64,000 nt of DNA from Podarcis erhardii (taxonomy: Eukaryota), in the NCBI GenBank assembly GCA_964252035.1, contig OZ176205.1; one strand, 5' to 3'. Within the stretch, counting starts at the first letter, position 1; each line of letters starts with the position of its first letter. Below the pieces are notes generated by a model. The model saw nothing but the letters and a program-made list of their open reading frames with translations, searched no databases and was not told where the DNA came from. Made by a program: the position numbers and the translations under genes. Shown here piece after piece: positions 62,499 to 64,000 of the stretch.

Positions 62499-64000
62499 GT
62501 TCAGTAAGAGAATGATCAGAAAGATTAGTCTGAACTCTCATCAATATAATGAATTCCCTAACTCTCCGAATATATTGAAACTGTGAAACAGGTTTCTCAA
62601 ACTAGAAACTTTTAATGAACATCGGCATGGGCACACCACATTTTGTAGAACTGCTTGTCTCAGATATTAGAAGGCAAGATTCAGAAACAGGAGGCTAAAA
62701 GCTAATACCAGTGAACCTCAACAGAAGGTTGTCTTGGAGCCAGAGTTAACCATGTATTACTATTATCCAAAAGTGCAAAGAATCTAGATTCATTCATGTT
62801 CTTTCTGTGTTGTCTTATTAGGAAACTTGAAATCAGTTAGGTTAGGCTGATTGGCCACCAAAATTCCCATTGCAAACTGAGGCTATGACAAGTAAGGTGG
62901 TACATACAGAGAGAGCAAATGGATGGAATTTATGCATAGAGCATGGGTCAGTTCCCATAAGCAGTGTACAGGCATATTTCTAGAACTGTACCACAAATGT
63001 GCACGTAGCCCCTTAGCATAAAAGTGGGCTGTATCTCTTATTCTTTTAATGAGAGCAGACATTATAGATTCCACAAGAAGGAATGTTGTCAGGTAGCAGC
63101 TGAAGTTGTAGTATCTATGTTCTTTGGTTTGACTTGTGTATACAATTTTTCATAATTATGCCTGTGGAGTATTTAGTCCGTTTTGTGGTTTGGCCCCTGA
63201 GGAATACACACGAGAGACAAATTAGTTTCCTTCTCTCTGTGTAAACATGTGGATGCAGCTGGAAAATGTGAAGGTGGATGGATTGTACATGCATTTGCTC
63301 TTTCTGCTGTGTTGTCTGTTTGGGTGGTCTGTTGGGAGCTGGGCAATTAGACTAAGCATTTCTCACTTAACTGTCCAGCAGTTAAACTGATCCTAGATGT
63401 TCAGAGGAAAGTTCCATATTTGTGCCAGTGTTTAGCTTGGCATGAAAAGTGTGTAGTTTATTGAGCTTGCTGTGCTTGGCTGTAAGTCTGTTTGTGTTAT
63501 TTCTGCTACACTTTTATTATTAAATCGTTGGCAGTGGTAGGTTCTCATTTGAAACTAGGATGCCCTATAGCTTAGAAGAATATGTTTTTATCTCTCTTGA
63601 CCCAAGGCCTAGTGTGCTTTGTGGTATGAGGGGAAATTGTTTTCTTGTACTTGTGATATGCTAGGGTTATCTGTGACACATTGCACTATGCGGTACAAAG
63701 AAAGTTAGTCACATGTTTTCATATTTTTGTTCCCTAAGTTCTTAATGTTTCTACTTTTCCTTAATTGAGTAAGATAGCTCTGCTTGAATCGTTTCAGATG
63801 GGCAGGAGTTCCTCTTCACATCTCTTAGTATAGCAAGGTCAAGTTTCCCTAATCATTCATTGGTCAGTGTTCTCATGCAGTGAATGCTTTTGTTGCCCTT
63901 TATTTCAGGTTTAGCTTTCTCTATGATATCCAGAATAGCAACAGGTCCCAAACCTTTGTTAAGATTGATGCACTCATTAGCATATTTGTTTGAATTGTTC

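Larger units (their letters stand above)
16760..64000 (+). other. ST3GAL3: ST3GAL3 gene span (5' part; probably continues beyond the window)
   Basis: Two exons translate to the known ST3GAL3 N-terminus, have canonical AG/GT boundaries and lie downstream of a CpG-island promoter. The start coordinate is approximate. No exon encoding the following 'YDRLGFLL' segment was found in 50330-64000. Confidence 0.9.

Noticed and set aside
50330-64000. ST3GAL3 next exon (YDRLGFLL...DSK)
   Set aside because: No matching AG/GT-bounded segment was found. Candidates at about 54535, 57591, 59445 and 60570 do not encode the motif or hit stops.

Overview
This is vertebrate genomic DNA, most likely a squamate of the lacertid type (inferred from Sauria-SINE, Squam-like SINE, CR1, L2 and Tc1 content). 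It has two small N-gaps. The only recognisable host gene is ST3GAL3 (beta-galactoside alpha-2,3-sialyltransferase 3) on the + strand. Its CpG-island promoter lies at about 16.4-17.0 kb, its first coding exon is 23004-23148 (MGLLVYMRNLLLALCLFLVLGFLYYSAWKLHLLQWEDS), and a 48-nt exon is at 50282-50329 (NSVVLSSDSVGRSIGS). I did not find the next exon, so the gene probably continues past the window end. The rest is intergenic or intronic and rich in transposons: a full-length decayed Tc1 (31295-32812), a 5'-truncated CR1 with an open RT domain (about 34681-36442), SINEs, hAT and Tigger-like MITEs, L2 and Penelope remnants, and microsatellites. The most unusual object is a complete 1.85-kb polyadenylated retroposon (51407-53253, - strand) with a perfect 17-bp TSD. 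It has an L1-style 5' UTR and 3' end but carries only one intact 191-aa ORF that I cannot assign to L1 ORF1 or ORF2 (HAL1-like, non-autonomous). Other notable items are six helically phased CCAAT boxes in the ST3GAL3 promoter, a possible spliced uORF, a possible divergent transcript, and MITEs that share ends but carry different palindromic interiors. Repeat family names come from recalled consensus sequences, not database searches.
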